Counted from the stretch's first letter, positions 37,314 through 48,347 are shown. The stretch is 64,000 nt of DNA from Candidatus Limnocylindrales bacterium (GCA_035559535.1 DATMBG010000015.1:23677-87676), one strand, 5' to 3'. The notes: a model not told the origin generated them from the sequence alone. Numbers and translations are program-made.

Positions 37314-37375
37314 GAAACCCATTTTCGTTGATCGAATCGAATAGAAAGTAGACGAGATCGGAGAAAATGGGTTTC
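37314..37375 (-). promoter_or_regulatory. 13-bp perfect inverted repeat between rarA and the reductase gene
   Basis: GAAACCCATTTTC (37314-37326) and GAAAATGGGTTTC (37363-37375), separated by 36 nt. It lies downstream of the rarA stop and upstream of the reductase start. Confidence 0.35.
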
Positions 37376-37389
37376 TTACTCTGTGGGCT

Positions 37390-38712
37390 TTAATTAACTT
37401 TCCGCAATCGGTTCAACTGCTCTTGGATCTTTTGTTCATAACCATTCTCTGAGGGATGATAATATCTACGGTCTTTAAGCTCTTCTGGTAAGTATTGTTG
37501 TTCCACGTAGTTTCCCTGGAAATCGTGGGCATAGAGATAGTCTTTCCCATAACCCAAATCCTTCATCAAAGGAGTTGGTGCATTACGAAGATGAAGTGGG
37601 ACCGGGAGGGCCCCTGTTCGTTTTACATCGGCCTGGGCTTCTTTAAGAGCCCTATAGGAGGCATTACTTTTCGGTGCCGTAGCCAGGTAAGTAGCTGCCT
37701 GGGCTAAATTAAGCTGAGCCTCCGGAAGGCCTACAAACTGAACGGCCTCCATAGCGGCCACGGCTATCAACAAAGCTTGAGGGTCCGCGTTACCGATATC
37801 TTCTGAGGCCAGAATAACCATACGGCGGGCAATAAAAAGGGGATCTTCTCCCGCTGCCAGCATACGAGCCAGGTAATAGATGGCCGCATCCGGGTCACTC
37901 CCCCGAAGGCTTTTAATAAAAGCCGAAATAACATTGTAGTGCTCTTCACCACTCTTATCATAAACCAGGGCTTTATGTCCTAAAACCTCTTCTAGCCTAT
38001 TCAAAGTCAGGACCCGAATACCTTCAGGATTTGGTTCGGTATTTAAAACGGCCGCTTCTAAATTATTTAAGGCAATTCGAGCATCCCCGTTAGCCATATG
38101 GGCTATCCAGTTTAAAGCCGATTCTTCTAATTGAACCGGGTATTTCCCCAATCCCCGGTGTGGGTCTCTAAGCGCCCGTTCCAGAATAGTGCGAATATTT
38201 TCCTCTGAGAGAGGGTTCAGAATATATATCTGACATCTAGATAGCAGGGCTTTAATTACTTCAAAGGATGGATTCTCCGTGGTCGCTCCGATTAATATGA
38301 AAGAACCTTCTTCTACATGGGGTAAGAAGGCGTCCTGCTGGGTTTTATTAAGACGGTGAATCTCATCGACAAATAAAATCGTTCGTTTTTTATGAAATTT
38401 CAACTGATCCTGGGCCTCTTGGATTACTTGCCGAAGTTCTGGAATCCCGGAGGTTACCGCACGGAAGAAGACAAAATGGGCCCGGGTTTTGCCTGCAATA
38501 ATTCTGGCCAGCGTGGTCTTACCCGATCCGGGAGGACCCCAGAATATCATGGAATGGAGATGGTCACTTTCAATGGCCTGGCGTAGAGGTTTACCCGGAG
38601 CAATAAGATGTTCCTGACCTACAAATTCTTCAAAAGATCTCGGTCTCACCCGATCTGCCAGAGGCGCTAAGCTTTTTAAATTTTTTTCATACTCCTGGTG
38701 AAACAGGTCCAT
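37390..38712 (-). CDS. rarA: replication-associated recombination protein A (AAA+ ATPase RarA/MgsA)
   Basis: 440 aa. Walker [10 protein letters not shown], Walker [10 protein letters not shown], and the MgsA C-terminal block ([17 protein letters not shown]). Confidence 0.93.
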   Translation of the reverse strand: MDLFHQEYEKNLKSLAPLADRVRPRSFEEFVGQEHLIAPGKPLRQAIESDHLHSMIFWGPPGSGKTTLARIIAGKTRAHFVFFRAVTSGIPELRQVIQEAQDQLKFHKKRTILFVDEIHRLNKTQQDAFLPHVEEGSFILIGATTENPSFEVIKALLSRCQIYILNPLSEENIRTILERALRDPHRGLGKYPVQLEESALNWIAHMANGDARIALNNLEAAVLNTEPNPEGIRVLTLNRLEEVLGHKALVYDKSGEEHYNVISAFIKSLRGSDPDAAIYYLARMLAAGEDPLFIARRMVILASEDIGNADPQALLIAVAAMEAVQFVGLPEAQLNLAQAATYLATAPKSNASYRALKEAQADVKRTGALPVPLHLRNAPTPLMKDLGYGKDYLYAHDFQGNYVEQQYLPEELKDRRYYHPSENGYEQKIQEQLNRLRKVN

Positions 38713-38765
38713 AGTTCCATGATATTCTTTTTTTTTATTTGGTCAAGGAGATTCAACTTATCAAG

Positions 38766-38874
38766 TGGGAGTGTGGGGGTATGGGAGTGTGGGAGTGTCG
38801 AGGTGTGGAAGTATGGGGGTGGGGAAGAATATACTTCCATCCCCCCATACCCCCACACTCCCATACCCCCATAC
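38766..38874. repeat. G-rich/C-rich imperfect palindrome (GTATGGGAG / CTCCCATAC family), probable aceA terminator
   Basis: The left arm is built from GTGTGGG/GTATGGG units (…GGAAGTATGGGGGTGGGGAAG), the loop is aatata, and the right arm is CTTCCATCCCCCCATACCCCCACACTCCCATACCCCCATAC. It sits between the aceA stop and the rarA start. Confidence 0.75.
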
Positions 38875-38895
38875 TTTAGGATTAAATACAGAAAA

Positions 38896-40164
38896 TTAAT
38901 GAAACTGTTCCATCTCCGTTGAGCCAACCAGGGCTTGCGTGGAGGCGGTACCCTGAGAAATAATCTGGGTAATAAGGTCAAAGTAACCGGTCCCGACTTC
39001 CCGCTGATGTTTGGTTGCCGTATAGCCATGGATTTCACTGTCGAATTCGGCCTGTTGTAAATCGGAGTAGGCCAGCATGCCTCGTTTTTTGTAATCCAGG
39101 GCAAGGGTGAACATGCTATAGTTGAGGGCATGGAATCCGGCCAGGGTAATAAACTGGAACTTGTATCCCATGGCTCCAAGCTCTTTCTGGAATTTCGCGA
39201 GGGTATGAGCGTCTAACTTTCTCGCCCAATTGAAAGAGGGGGAGCAATTATAGGCCAGGAGTTTTTCTGGAAACTCACCATGGATGGCCTCTGCAAAGGT
39301 TTTGGCCTCTTCCAGATCCGGTGTAGATGTTTCACACCAGATCATATCAGCATAGGGAGCATAGGCCAGGCCTCTCGTAATGGCTGCATCGAGTCCCCCA
39401 CGGAATTTAAAAAAACCCTCCGGGGTACGCTCTCCGGTTAAGAATCCATGGTCTCTGGGATCAATATCACTGGTAATTAGTCGGGCACTCTGGGCATCTG
39501 TTCGGGCTATAAGAATCGTTGGTACATCCATGACGTCGGCTGCCAGTCGGGCGGCTAACAGGGTACGGATAAATTGACTGACGGGAACCAGGACCTTTCC
39601 TCCCATATGGCCGCATTTTTTTTCGGAAGCCAGTTGATCTTCAAAATGAACCCCTGCTGCTCCTGCTTCAATCATTGCCTTCATTAACTCATAAACATTT
39701 AAAAGGCCTCCAAATCCGGCTTCTGCATCGGCTACGATAGGGGCCAACCAGTAAATTTCCTTTTTTCCTTCGGCGTGATGGATTTGATCGGCCCGCAATA
39801 AGGCCTGGTTAATTCTTTTAACCAGTTGCGGGACGCTATTGGAGGGGTATAGGCTTTGATCCGGGTAAGTTTGTCCGGCAAGATTGGCATCGGCAGCCAC
39901 CTGCCATCCGCTCACATAAATAGCCTTTAATCCGGCTTTTACCTGTTGCACGGCCTGGTTACCGGTTAAAGCTCCCAAGGCCGGTACATACGCTTCGGTT
40001 TGGAGAAGATACCAAAGTCGCTTAGCCCCTAATTCGGCAAGGGTATATTTGATTTCAAAGGAACCCCGAAGTTTAAGGATCTCTTCGACGGTGTAGGAAC
40101 GAACGATTCCCTTCCAGCGCTCCGTGTTATTCCAACTTTTTAAAACCTGCCAACCCTCCTTCAT
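38896..40164 (-). CDS. aceA: isocitrate lyase
   Basis: 422 aa with the ICL signature KKCGHMGGK and conserved blocks ([27 protein letters not shown]). Confidence 0.95.
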   Translation of the reverse strand: MKEGWQVLKSWNNTERWKGIVRSYTVEEILKLRGSFEIKYTLAELGAKRLWYLLQTEAYVPALGALTGNQAVQQVKAGLKAIYVSGWQVAADANLAGQTYPDQSLYPSNSVPQLVKRINQALLRADQIHHAEGKKEIYWLAPIVADAEAGFGGLLNVYELMKAMIEAGAAGVHFEDQLASEKKCGHMGGKVLVPVSQFIRTLLAARLAADVMDVPTILIARTDAQSARLITSDIDPRDHGFLTGERTPEGFFKFRGGLDAAITRGLAYAPYADMIWCETSTPDLEEAKTFAEAIHGEFPEKLLAYNCSPSFNWARKLDAHTLAKFQKELGAMGYKFQFITLAGFHALNYSMFTLALDYKKRGMLAYSDLQQAEFDSEIHGYTATKHQREVGTGYFDLITQIISQGTASTQALVGSTEMEQFH

Positions 40165-40278
40165 AGAAAATCCTCCTTGTTTTTTAAATGGTTAGATAAT
40201 TAAAGTAGAAAAACTTTTATGGAAACGCTCCGTGTTGAACCCTGCCCTTCTAATTTGGGGACTTTTTTTTCAGATGTC

Positions 40279-40313
40279 AAGCGAAATTTCGCTTAAAAAT
40301 ATTATTTCGCTTA
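40279..40313. promoter_or_regulatory. candidate operator in the aceA / RamB-like divergent spacer
   Basis: Perfect 16-bp palindrome AAGCGAAATTTCGCTT (40279-40294). The half-site TTTCGCTTA recurs at 40305-40313. Confidence 0.4.
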
Positions 40314-40457
40314 TAGAGAAAAAACTTCTTTAGCTAAAGAACAAAATTTTTTCGCAGCTAGTGAAGGATGCCTGGTTTAATTTCAAACCTCCACTTATAT
40401 TAACTATAAAAAGGAGAGGAACGTATCAAAACTCACAACCACCTGAGGAGGGGAGTC

Positions 40458-41960
40458 ATGAACTTACCTGGTGAAAACCTGCGGTTTATTCTGGGAATTA
40501 AATTGAAGCAATTCCGTCACCAGAAGGGCTATTCCTTAAAGGAACTGGCCGAGAAAACCAACCTATCTCTTTCTTATTTGAGTGAAATCGAGAAAGGGAA
40601 AAAATATCCTAAACCCGAAAAGATCCTTCAGCTTGCCAGAGCCTTGAATATCTCCTTCGATGAATTGGTTTCCCTCAAGGTAAATGAAGAGCTTGATTCA
40701 CTCAAAGCCATTCTTAATTCCCCCTTTATTCAAGAGTTCCCGTTTCACCTGTTTGGAATTGAACCTCAAGAAATCGTGGATCTCGTCACCAACTCCCCCA
40801 GCAAAGCAGGGGCTCTTATCCGCACCTTACTGGAAATCGGTCAATCTTATGGAATGCAGGTAGAGCATTTCTTGTTTGCGGCTCTGCGTTCCTATCAACA
40901 ACTCCACCAAAATTATTTTGAAGATATCGAGAAAGCCGTATCAACCTTTGTTGCTCAACACCAATGGAAAGTCGATCCTCCCATTTACGGTGAGCAGCTC
41001 CGGAAAGTACTTATAGAAGAATACGGTTACATCTTGGATGAAACGACCCTTGCCCATTATCCAGAACTCCAGGGATTTCGCTCCGTTTGGATTAACAGAA
41101 ATCCACCCAAGTTGTTAATTAATCGAAAGCTCCTACCTTCCCAAAAAGCTTTTATCCTGGGTCGTGAAATCGGTTACTGTTTCCTTGGTTTGAAAGAACG
41201 TGCCACGACCTCTTCCTGGTTAAAGGTGGAATCGTTCGAGCAGGTACTCAATAACTTTAAAGCCTCTTATTTTTCAGGAGCTTTATTAATCAATAAAGAT
41301 TTGCTTTGCCGGGATCTGGAGAAATTTTTCCAGAAAGAACAATGGGAGGGAAAGGGTTTCTTAGCCCTCATGAGACGTTACGAAGCAACCCCGGAGATGT
41401 TTCTCTATCGGCTGACCGAGCTTGTCCCCAGATTCTTCGGACTCCACGAGATCCACTTTTTAAGATTTAACCATGAAGTGGGGAGTAATAACTACTCATT
41501 GACCAAATTATTTAACATGTCTCAGGTATTTGTTCCACATGGTTTGGGATTGAATGAGCATCACTGTCGGCGTTGGCTTTCCATTCGCCTGCTTAAAGAA
41601 TTAGCCGAAAGGCAAAAGCGTGGAGAGCGGGACACGACCCTTATTGCAGTCCAACGATCCAGATACCTCAACATTAACGCCGAATTTTTTACCATTACCC
41701 TGGCACGACCCCTTGCTTTAAGCAAAGGAACTAACTCCAGTGTTACGTTGAGTTTTTTAATCAATGATCAATTTAAGAAAACCGTCCGATTTTGGAACGA
41801 CCCCCATGTTCCTACCATAGAGGTAAATGAAACCTGCGAGCGGTGTGGTTTATCGGAAGCCCTATGCCGGGATCGTGTGGCCCCCCCTACGATCTATCAG
41901 AAAGAACAGACTCAAAAAATCCGAGAAAAAGCCCTACAGCAACTTCTACAGGAAGTATAA
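40458..41960 (+). CDS. RamB/ScfR-like transcriptional regulator (XRE HTH plus ImmA/IrrE-like and C-terminal Cys-containing domain)
   Basis: 500 aa. HTH LKQFRHQKGYSLKELAEKTNLSLSYLSEIEKGKKYP, a long effector region, and C-terminal CERCGLSEALC. Divergent from aceA, as RamB is in actinobacteria. Confidence 0.7.
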   Translation: MNLPGENLRFILGIKLKQFRHQKGYSLKELAEKTNLSLSYLSEIEKGKKYPKPEKILQLARALNISFDELVSLKVNEELDSLKAILNSPFIQEFPFHLFGIEPQEIVDLVTNSPSKAGALIRTLLEIGQSYGMQVEHFLFAALRSYQQLHQNYFEDIEKAVSTFVAQHQWKVDPPIYGEQLRKVLIEEYGYILDETTLAHYPELQGFRSVWINRNPPKLLINRKLLPSQKAFILGREIGYCFLGLKERATTSSWLKVESFEQVLNNFKASYFSGALLINKDLLCRDLEKFFQKEQWEGKGFLALMRRYEATPEMFLYRLTELVPRFFGLHEIHFLRFNHEVGSNNYSLTKLFNMSQVFVPHGLGLNEHHCRRWLSIRLLKELAERQKRGERDTTLIAVQRSRYLNINAEFFTITLARPLALSKGTNSSVTLSFLINDQFKKTVRFWNDPHVPTIEVNETCERCGLSEALCRDRVAPPTIYQKEQTQKIREKALQQLLQEV

Positions 41961-41970
41961 TCCCCATCTA

Positions 41971-42058
41971 AATGGGAGTACCGGCTTGTAGGTGTCGGAG
42001 AGAGTGCTTGTAAATAGGTCCCTTCCCCGCCCCTTTCCCTACTCCCTTACTCCCAAGC
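41971..42058. repeat. G-rich then C-rich skewed imperfect palindrome between convergent genes
   Basis: GGGAGTA (41974-41980) pairs with TACTCCC (42048-42054). A G-rich half (GGTGTCGGAGAGAGTG) is followed by a C-rich half (CCCTTCCCCGCCCCTTTCCCTACTCCC). Confidence 0.5.
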
Positions 42059-42119
42059 TTCTACCATAACCTTCTACAGCTCTTCAGGGATAACTTTTAA
42101 AATATTTGGCCGGGAATAC

Positions 42120-45100
42120 CTATTTTCCAGAAGCCGAGACCGGAAGATCTCCAGGTTGACCCCAAAGGGTGGTTATCGTATGTTTAAATCCAGAGGAAGA
42201 TGTGAGGATAGACCATTGTCCGACTCCAGAGGAGGTACTAAAGATTCCCAGATCTGTTTTTCCGTCTCCATCGAAATCTGCCGGTACGGGAAGATCTCCT
42301 TGCTTGCCGAAGGCTTTTTTAATGATCGTACCATCTTTAAGTCGAAGGATCCAGGTACCCTTATCGGGCCTCCAGACAGCTATATTCGCCTTCTTATCTC
42401 CATCATAATCCCCGGGTACGGGGAAATCTTCATTCTGTCCGAGAAGGAAGCTATGAGGACCCCCCTGAGAGTTAAAGATAAACCAAAAAGCCTGCTCCGA
42501 GCTGGATTGAGGAGGTCTAAAGACCGCCACATCATCCCTTCCATCCCCATCGTAATCTGCAGGAACGGGCCTATCTCCGGTCTGACCCCAGACTAAATAG
42601 GAAGAATTACCTCCTGATGGAAGGATAAACCACTCTCCAGTAGAGGGTCGCCAGACAGCCCGATCTGTTTTCTTATCCCCGTCATAATCTCCCGGGACAG
42701 GAATATCCCCTGGAATTCCCCAGGCCTGAACTTCAATGGAGAAATCCAGCAGATCGAGGGTATGGAACAAAGTCCTCCTACCATACTTCCCTACCCCCAG
42801 AGGGTCATCCTTCAGAAGGTACCATTCTCCGGTAGAAGGCCGCCAGAAGGCAAGATCTGTTATTCTATCTCCGTCGTAATCCCCGGGAGTTGGAATATCT
42901 TCTGAAGATCCGAAAGAGGGAGAATTGGAGAGACCCTGTACCAGCCATTCTCCCGTAGAAGGTCGGTAAACAGAGATATCAGTTCTACCATCTCCACTGT
43001 AATCTGCTGTAGCTGTTAGAGGAACCGGCAAAGGAGGGGCAGTACCTACGATTTTAGCAAGGAAAGCATCTGTGAGACCACCGGAAACCAGCTGCAGAGG
43101 ACGGACCGTTGGAAAATTGATCGAAGCCGTCTGCCCAGATACATAGACATTACCCAGGTTATCCAGGGCAATACCTCGTCCAGTTTCCCCCTGATTACCC
43201 CCCAGATAACTGGAGTAAACCAAAGCAGAACCCGCAGCATTCAGTTTTGCTACGAAGGCATCTAAAGAACCTCCATAAAAAGGTTGGAAGGGATTTACAG
43301 TTGGGAATTGGGTTGAGCCAGTAGCTCCCACCACATATGCATTCCCCGCCATATCGACTGCAATACCCCGACCGACATCATAGGCTTTGCCACCCAGGTA
43401 GGTAGAATAGATTAGCGCGGATCCAGCAGGATTCAACTTAGCTATGAAGGCATCCTTATCCAGAAAACTACCTTGCTTTCGCTGTAAAGGATTTTTAGTT
43501 GGAAAGTCGGCTGAAGAAGTCTCTCCGGTTATATAAACACTTCCGAAAATATCAACTGCAATACCCCGACCGACATCTTCCCCGTTACCGCCGAGATAAG
43601 TGGAGTAGATGAGGGCAGAGCCTGCCGGGTTCAACTTAGTCACAAAGGCATCACCAAAGGAGCTACCGCCTCCAAACGCGGATTGGATAGGAGCCACCGT
43701 TGGGAAGTTGACCGAGGTGGTAAAACCGGTTACATAGGCATGACCCAAGGCATCTACAGCAATACTCCGGCCAGAATCTTCGCCCCTGCCACCCAGGTAA
43801 GTAGAATAAACAGCAGAACCGTTAGGATTCAACTTGGTTATAAAAGCATCCCCGAAAGAACCTTTTCCCCCACCGAAAACCGGTTGAAAAGGATTCAGGA
43901 CGGGAAAGTTAGTCGACAGGGTATTACCGGTTATGTAGGCATTACCTTCCAGGTCTACCGCAATAGCTTTTCCCTCATCAGGGTTATCTCCCCCTACATA
44001 GGTAGAATAGATAAGGGTGGAACCGGTCGGATCTAATTTTGCCACGAACGCATCTCCAAAAGAACTACCTCCGCCAAAAATAGGCTGGAATGGGTTTGCG
44101 GTTGGAAAGTCCATGGAATTGGTATTACCTACTATATAAGCATTCCCCCTTGGATCTACCGCTACACCGCGACCAAAATCGTTGTGACTGCCGCCTAAAT
44201 AGGTAACGTAAATAAGCGTGGAACCTGTAGGATCTACCTTTGCTACAAAACTATCACTATCGAAGAAATCGCCCTTTGAAGGTTGTACAGGATTGACCGT
44301 TGGAAAGTCAAGGGAAAAGGTATTTCCTATTACATAGGCATTACCCCCGGAATCCACGGCGATCCCACGGCTGAAATCCTCACTACTACCTCCAAGATAA
44401 GTAGAATAGGTTAATACCGGATCAATGAAAAGAGGTTTCTGAGTATCATAGGAATCTATTTGAAAACCGAGGATAGGTCTGGATTCGTTGTTGGAAGTCT
44501 TTTGTCTATGGTCCAGGCTCTCAAAATCAAGGAACACATAATGGGCGGGTACCATCCGTTTACTACCGTTAACCTCCTGATAGACCTCAGGTTTATGTAA
44601 GTAAACATACGCGTTAGTAACACGCAGAATAAGAGCTCCCTCGGGGTTTATTTTAAGGTCGTCGGCGCCTTCCACGGTAAATCGAATGGCTTTAGGGTCT
44701 GCACCCGGAGCTACCACAAAGTCATATTCCAATTGGTGTTGATTACCATGGTAGATCAGATCCACGCCAGGGTATATATCTTTGTATTTAACACGGGCAT
44801 AGGTGGGAATGCGGGTATACCATTTTTTTGGATCTTGACCGATGAAATAATTACTCTGACCGGGCCGTTGATCTAAACCGACTACTTCAGGCTCGGAGTT
44901 AGCCTTTATCCACTTTATATGCAAAACAGGGGTTTTACCGGGTAGGGATTGCCCCCTATCAAAAGATTCAAGGTCTTGGGCCTGGGATTTAGTTAGAAAG
45001 TAGGCAGCTCCTGTTAAAGTCAGGAAAAGGATATAACCCGGACCTCGGGATAAAAACTTTACCTGAGGGTCGGTCTGTCCCTGGTTAGCTTCGAAACTTA

Positions 45101-45326
45101 ACGGAAACCGGACAAAGGTTGAAACTGAGGGCTTTGGGGATAGCCTTTCTATTTGCTTGACTTGATTAACCTGGGAAAGAAATTCAGGGGTTTGCAAATT
45201 TAAATCAGCAAATACAGAAAGGGAGGCAGGGGTTGATACCTGCATATCTCCCCCTAAAATCCCCCAACATATCATTCCGATCATCAGGCTGAGTAAATAC
45301 CTTACCCGACCGGTGGAAGATCCCAT
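42120..45326 (-). CDS. large secreted SBBP beta-propeller repeat protein with C-terminal FG-GAP/VCBS repeats
   Basis: 1068 aa. N-terminal signal/TM and the typical [14 protein letters not shown] head. At least 8 repeats of YSTYLGG...D.G.GIAVD..GNAYVTG.T.S..FPT.NP.Q. The C-terminus carries repeats of [15 protein letters not shown]...WRPSTGEW. Confidence 0.85.
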   Translation of the reverse strand: MGSSTGRVRYLLSLMIGMICWGILGGDMQVSTPASLSVFADLNLQTPEFLSQVNQVKQIERLSPKPSVSTFVRFPLSFEANQGQTDPQVKFLSRGPGYILFLTLTGAAYFLTKSQAQDLESFDRGQSLPGKTPVLHIKWIKANSEPEVVGLDQRPGQSNYFIGQDPKKWYTRIPTYARVKYKDIYPGVDLIYHGNQHQLEYDFVVAPGADPKAIRFTVEGADDLKINPEGALILRVTNAYVYLHKPEVYQEVNGSKRMVPAHYVFLDFESLDHRQKTSNNESRPILGFQIDSYDTQKPLFIDPVLTYSTYLGGSSEDFSRGIAVDSGGNAYVIGNTFSLDFPTVNPVQPSKGDFFDSDSFVAKVDPTGSTLIYVTYLGGSHNDFGRGVAVDPRGNAYIVGNTNSMDFPTANPFQPIFGGGSSFGDAFVAKLDPTGSTLIYSTYVGGDNPDEGKAIAVDLEGNAYITGNTLSTNFPVLNPFQPVFGGGKGSFGDAFITKLNPNGSAVYSTYLGGRGEDSGRSIAVDALGHAYVTGFTTSVNFPTVAPIQSAFGGGSSFGDAFVTKLNPAGSALIYSTYLGGNGEDVGRGIAVDIFGSVYITGETSSADFPTKNPLQRKQGSFLDKDAFIAKLNPAGSALIYSTYLGGKAYDVGRGIAVDMAGNAYVVGATGSTQFPTVNPFQPFYGGSLDAFVAKLNAAGSALVYSSYLGGNQGETGRGIALDNLGNVYVSGQTASINFPTVRPLQLVSGGLTDAFLAKIVGTAPPLPVPLTATADYSGDGRTDISVYRPSTGEWLVQGLSNSPSFGSSEDIPTPGDYDGDRITDLAFWRPSTGEWYLLKDDPLGVGKYGRRTLFHTLDLLDFSIEVQAWGIPGDIPVPGDYDGDKKTDRAVWRPSTGEWFILPSGGNSSYLVWGQTGDRPVPADYDGDGRDDVAVFRPPQSSSEQAFWFIFNSQGGPHSFLLGQNEDFPVPGDYDGDKKANIAVWRPDKGTWILRLKDGTIIKKAFGKQGDLPVPADFDGDGKTDLGIFSTSSGVGQWSILTSSSGFKHTITTLWGQPGDLPVSASGK

Positions 45327-45438
45327 ACTTCTCGACCTTTCAAAATTTTAAACAAAAGGAGGAGGAGATGCTGTGTTGATTTAAAAATACCATGTCCAGG
45401 TTCTTTCTCTTTTTGGATTTCAGGAAAATTTAACTTTT

Positions 45439-47478
45439 TTACTGGGGTATATAATTAAGGTCATTGGTCACCACCAATTTATCCAATCGGGTCCCATCTT
45501 CTCTTCCGGAAATCGTAAAGGTATGGGTTCCTGCAGAGAGGTTGAAAGAGACCGGATTTGGCCCTCCTACGTTACTAACCCTGACCCAAACCGGACTATT
45601 GCCTACTGGAATATCCCAGGTATATCGGGTACCACTATCCATTTGAGCATAGAAGCTGTTCGACGCTGAATCTGGCCCCATCACACGACCCCAAATCACA
45701 TGGCTTCCCGTAACCGAAATAGAAAAGGTAAATGCAGCAGCTCCTTTATTGTTATTTAACCCAAATGTTGTGTTAGGCACTTCGATATAATAACCTCCAG
45801 AGGCCAGAGAGTTTGCTACTGTCCTCATGGGAGAGGTCAGAAGTCCCGACTCGGCTTCTATATGGAGATAGGTATTTGGGTTCGGAGTTGGTGTAGGCGT
45901 CGGGGTCGGCGTCGGGGTCGGGGTGGCTGTAGAGATCGGCGTAGGCGTCGGGGTCGGCGTCGGGGTTGAGGTGGGTGTTGGACTGGGAATAGGGGTTGGC
46001 GTTGGGGTGGCTGTAGAGATCGGTGTAGGCGTCGGGGTCGGCGTACTTGCCTGAGCAGCCAGTTTAGCAATAAAAATATCTGTAAGACCGAAAGTTGTAA
46101 GGGTGGTGGTATCAAATGTTGCCGTGTTTTCAAACCATCCCGTAACCAGACTATTACCCGAGCTATCCACAGCAACAGCAAATCCCACGTCGGTTCCTGT
46201 TCCACCGGCTTGTTTGGCCCACAACAGTTTACCAGTGGTATCGTATCTGGCAATAAAGATATCATCCTGACCGGCGCTGGTCAATGTAACCGGACCGGAT
46301 TCCCCACTACCAAAGGTTGCTGTGGCATTAAAATGTCCACTGATCGTACTGTTACCCGAACTATCCAAAAAAAGATTTTTGGGTCTATCCAAACCTGCTC
46401 CACCGGCTTGTCTGACCCATAACAGATTACCGGAGGTATCATATTTGGCAAGAAAAATATCCTCATTACCGGCACTGGTTAAGGTAGTGGTGTCAAATTT
46501 TACGGTACCGGTAAATGTTCCGGTAAGGTATAGGTTGGCAGATGTGTCCACATCGATACCCCGTCCAATATCATCTGTTGAACCGCCTATTTGCTTGATC
46601 CACAACAAATTACCTGATGGGTCATATTTCGCAAGGAAGATATCCCGGCCGCCAGTACTCCTTAACGTTGTTGTATCAAAAGTTGCTGTACCTTGAAAAT
46701 GACCGGTGAGATAGATGTTACCAAGCGCATCTACTACGACCTCACGTCCCCAATCCTCACCTGTTCCGCCAGATCGTTTGGCCCAGAGCAACTTGCCAGA
46801 AGCCTCATACTTGGCCAGGAAGATGTCGGGTTGACCCGCACTGGTCAGGATAGTCTCGTTAGACTCCCCTTTCCCGAAAATAGCTGTGCCATTAAAATAT
46901 CCTGTTACAAGGCTATTACCGGAGCCGTCTACAAAAACATCAACACCAACATCTTCACCTGCTCCACCGGCTTGTTTAGCCCAGAGAAAATTCCCAGATA
47001 CATCATACTTAGCCATGAAGATATCCGCCTGCCCGGCACTGGTTAAGGTGGTTTGATTGGGTTCACCGGCTGCGAAGGTTAAAGTACCGTTGGTTACTTT
47101 ATCACTAAAATATCCTGTGATAACACTACTACCTGAGCTATCTATGGCAATACTAAATCCGGCATCATCCCCCGGTCCATCCACCTGTCGACTCCAGATT
47201 AAATTGCCCGATGGGTTATATCTGGCGAGGAATATACCCCTGCCTGCAACCCCATTAAACCATCCGGTAACATAACTGTTACCCGTCCCATCGACATCAA
47301 TACCATGCCCACTATCCGCACCTACTCCACCACCCTGGATAACCCAAAGAAAACTCGGTACCTGGGCATATATCCCATGACTGACAAAAATAAGAGCCAG
47401 CAGAAATATAAATAGAAGAAATCCTAAAATAGATTTTTTAGATTTTTCCTTAGATTTTAAGTTATCTAAGTTTTTCAT
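45439..47478 (-). CDS. secreted SBBP-like beta-propeller repeat protein with Pro/Thr linker and C-terminal carbohydrate-binding-like domain
   Basis: 679 aa. Signal/TM and repeats of GG.G.D.G..V.VD.SGNS.VTG.F.G...F.....LTSAG..DIF.AKYD.SGNLLW. A (TP)n linker, then a ~150-aa beta-rich tail (YLHIEAESG...[10 protein letters not shown]). Confidence 0.8.
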   Translation of the reverse strand: MKNLDNLKSKEKSKKSILGFLLFIFLLALIFVSHGIYAQVPSFLWVIQGGGVGADSGHGIDVDGTGNSYVTGWFNGVAGRGIFLARYNPSGNLIWSRQVDGPGDDAGFSIAIDSSGSSVITGYFSDKVTNGTLTFAAGEPNQTTLTSAGQADIFMAKYDVSGNFLWAKQAGGAGEDVGVDVFVDGSGNSLVTGYFNGTAIFGKGESNETILTSAGQPDIFLAKYEASGKLLWAKRSGGTGEDWGREVVVDALGNIYLTGHFQGTATFDTTTLRSTGGRDIFLAKYDPSGNLLWIKQIGGSTDDIGRGIDVDTSANLYLTGTFTGTVKFDTTTLTSAGNEDIFLAKYDTSGNLLWVRQAGGAGLDRPKNLFLDSSGNSTISGHFNATATFGSGESGPVTLTSAGQDDIFIARYDTTGKLLWAKQAGGTGTDVGFAVAVDSSGNSLVTGWFENTATFDTTTLTTFGLTDIFIAKLAAQASTPTPTPTPISTATPTPTPIPSPTPTSTPTPTPTPTPISTATPTPTPTPTPTPTPNPNTYLHIEAESGLLTSPMRTVANSLASGGYYIEVPNTTFGLNNNKGAAAFTFSISVTGSHVIWGRVMGPDSASNSFYAQMDSGTRYTWDIPVGNSPVWVRVSNVGGPNPVSFNLSAGTHTFTISGREDGTRLDKLVVTNDLNYIPQ
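45885..46046. repeat. tandem low-complexity DNA encoding the Pro/Thr linker, including a 41-nt direct repeat
   Basis: GGGGTGGCTGTAGAGATCGG(C/T)GTAGGCGTCGGGGTCGGCGT occurs at 45920-45960 and 46004-46044 (1 mismatch), embedded in GGCGTCGGGGTC repeats. Confidence 0.8.
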
Positions 47479-47992
47479 TTTTTTTCTCCTGATTTTCTCC
47501 TGGATTATTCCTTTTATTAAGTTATTAAGCTTAATCGGAACTACAAAATTTTAGACTAAAATTATAAGGTTTTAGATTAATAGATCACTCATTTATTTTT
47601 TGAAATATGGTATCAACGACTCCTATCCCTCCTCTATTGCCTGTGAGCCTGCCGGGGGAGGATACTTGATATCTGTTTCCTGACCGGTCTGAATAAGTAT
47701 CTGGTGGGTCCAGTCCAGGGTGAACGGCTTTAGACCTATCCTTTCCGATGGCTCATTACCCTGGCAAAAAGAGTAGATTCCTGGATGAATGCCAGATCCC
47801 TTGAGGTTTCTTTCCATTGAACCTTTCTAAAGGCAATTTTTATACCTTATCAATGAGGAAAAGGTTTTCTCTTTCGAAAAGCCTTATAGACGGACTTTTT
47901 TAAAGTGGTTGAAAAGCCAAGCTGGTTCGCTTTGTTTCCGGGTCAGAGACAAAAATCTTTTCTGTTTGATTAAATCTATAAATACCAATAAA

Positions 47993-48347
47993 TTAATTTG
48001 TCTCTCTTAAGGAGAATTCTTTTTCTGAAAAAGAGACAAAAGAGGAATAAGATAAGGAAGATCTTCTGTTGGAGGGCTTCCATGAGGATGAAAGAATACG
48101 GTAGGCTGCAACGGACCAATTCTGGGGGTCAGCTATCCCATTAATCCAAGATCCCATACTTACCATAAAGCTGCCGTTTTGCAAGACAGTTTCGTTGTTC
48201 ATTTCCTGCTCCTGGAGAGAGAATTTCAATGATCAGATCTGGTGCACCTGTTAGATGGTCTCCAGAAGCAATCTCGTGACGTCATTCGTGGCGGATAAAA
48301 ACGCAGTTGTTGCCATCATCGGGCATGGCATCGAGATCTGCTATGGC
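47993..48347 (-). pseudogene. decayed Uma2-family (DUF820) PD-(D/E)XK endonuclease gene
   Basis: Minus-strand frames give ...VFIRHE*RHEIASGDHLTGAPDLIIEILSPGAGNEQRNCLAKRQLYGKYGILD*, then in another frame WINGIADPQNWSVAAYR. This matches the family core (PDL.IEILSP...K...Y...GI.EYWIVDP....V.VYR) but has an in-frame stop, at least one frameshift and no N-terminal third. Confidence 0.55.

Noticed and set aside
38676-39179. 167-aa minus ORF and 74-aa plus ORF (38698-38922) spanning the rarA/aceA spacer
   Set aside because: Their sequences (HTSTLPHSHTPTLP, GSVGVWECGSVEVWKYGGG) are direct translations of the G-rich/C-rich palindromic repeat. One of them also overlaps the aceA 3' end out of frame.
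45885-46046. Possible CRISPR-like periodic repeats
   Set aside because: The repeats are in-frame coding DNA for a (TP)n linker, with no unique spacers of CRISPR size and no cas genes in the window.
45858-46265. 135-aa ORF rich in Pro/Arg (and other 60-125-aa ORFs) overlapping the 45439-47478 gene
   Set aside because: These are alternative-frame or antisense translations of the Pro/Thr-linker repeat DNA and propeller repeats. The SBBP frame is far better supported.
47623-47817. 64-aa minus ORF in the non-coding stretch upstream of the second SBBP gene
   Set aside because: No SD, no recognisable motif, and it is surrounded by stops in all frames. I treat it as chance or as unidentifiable gene debris.
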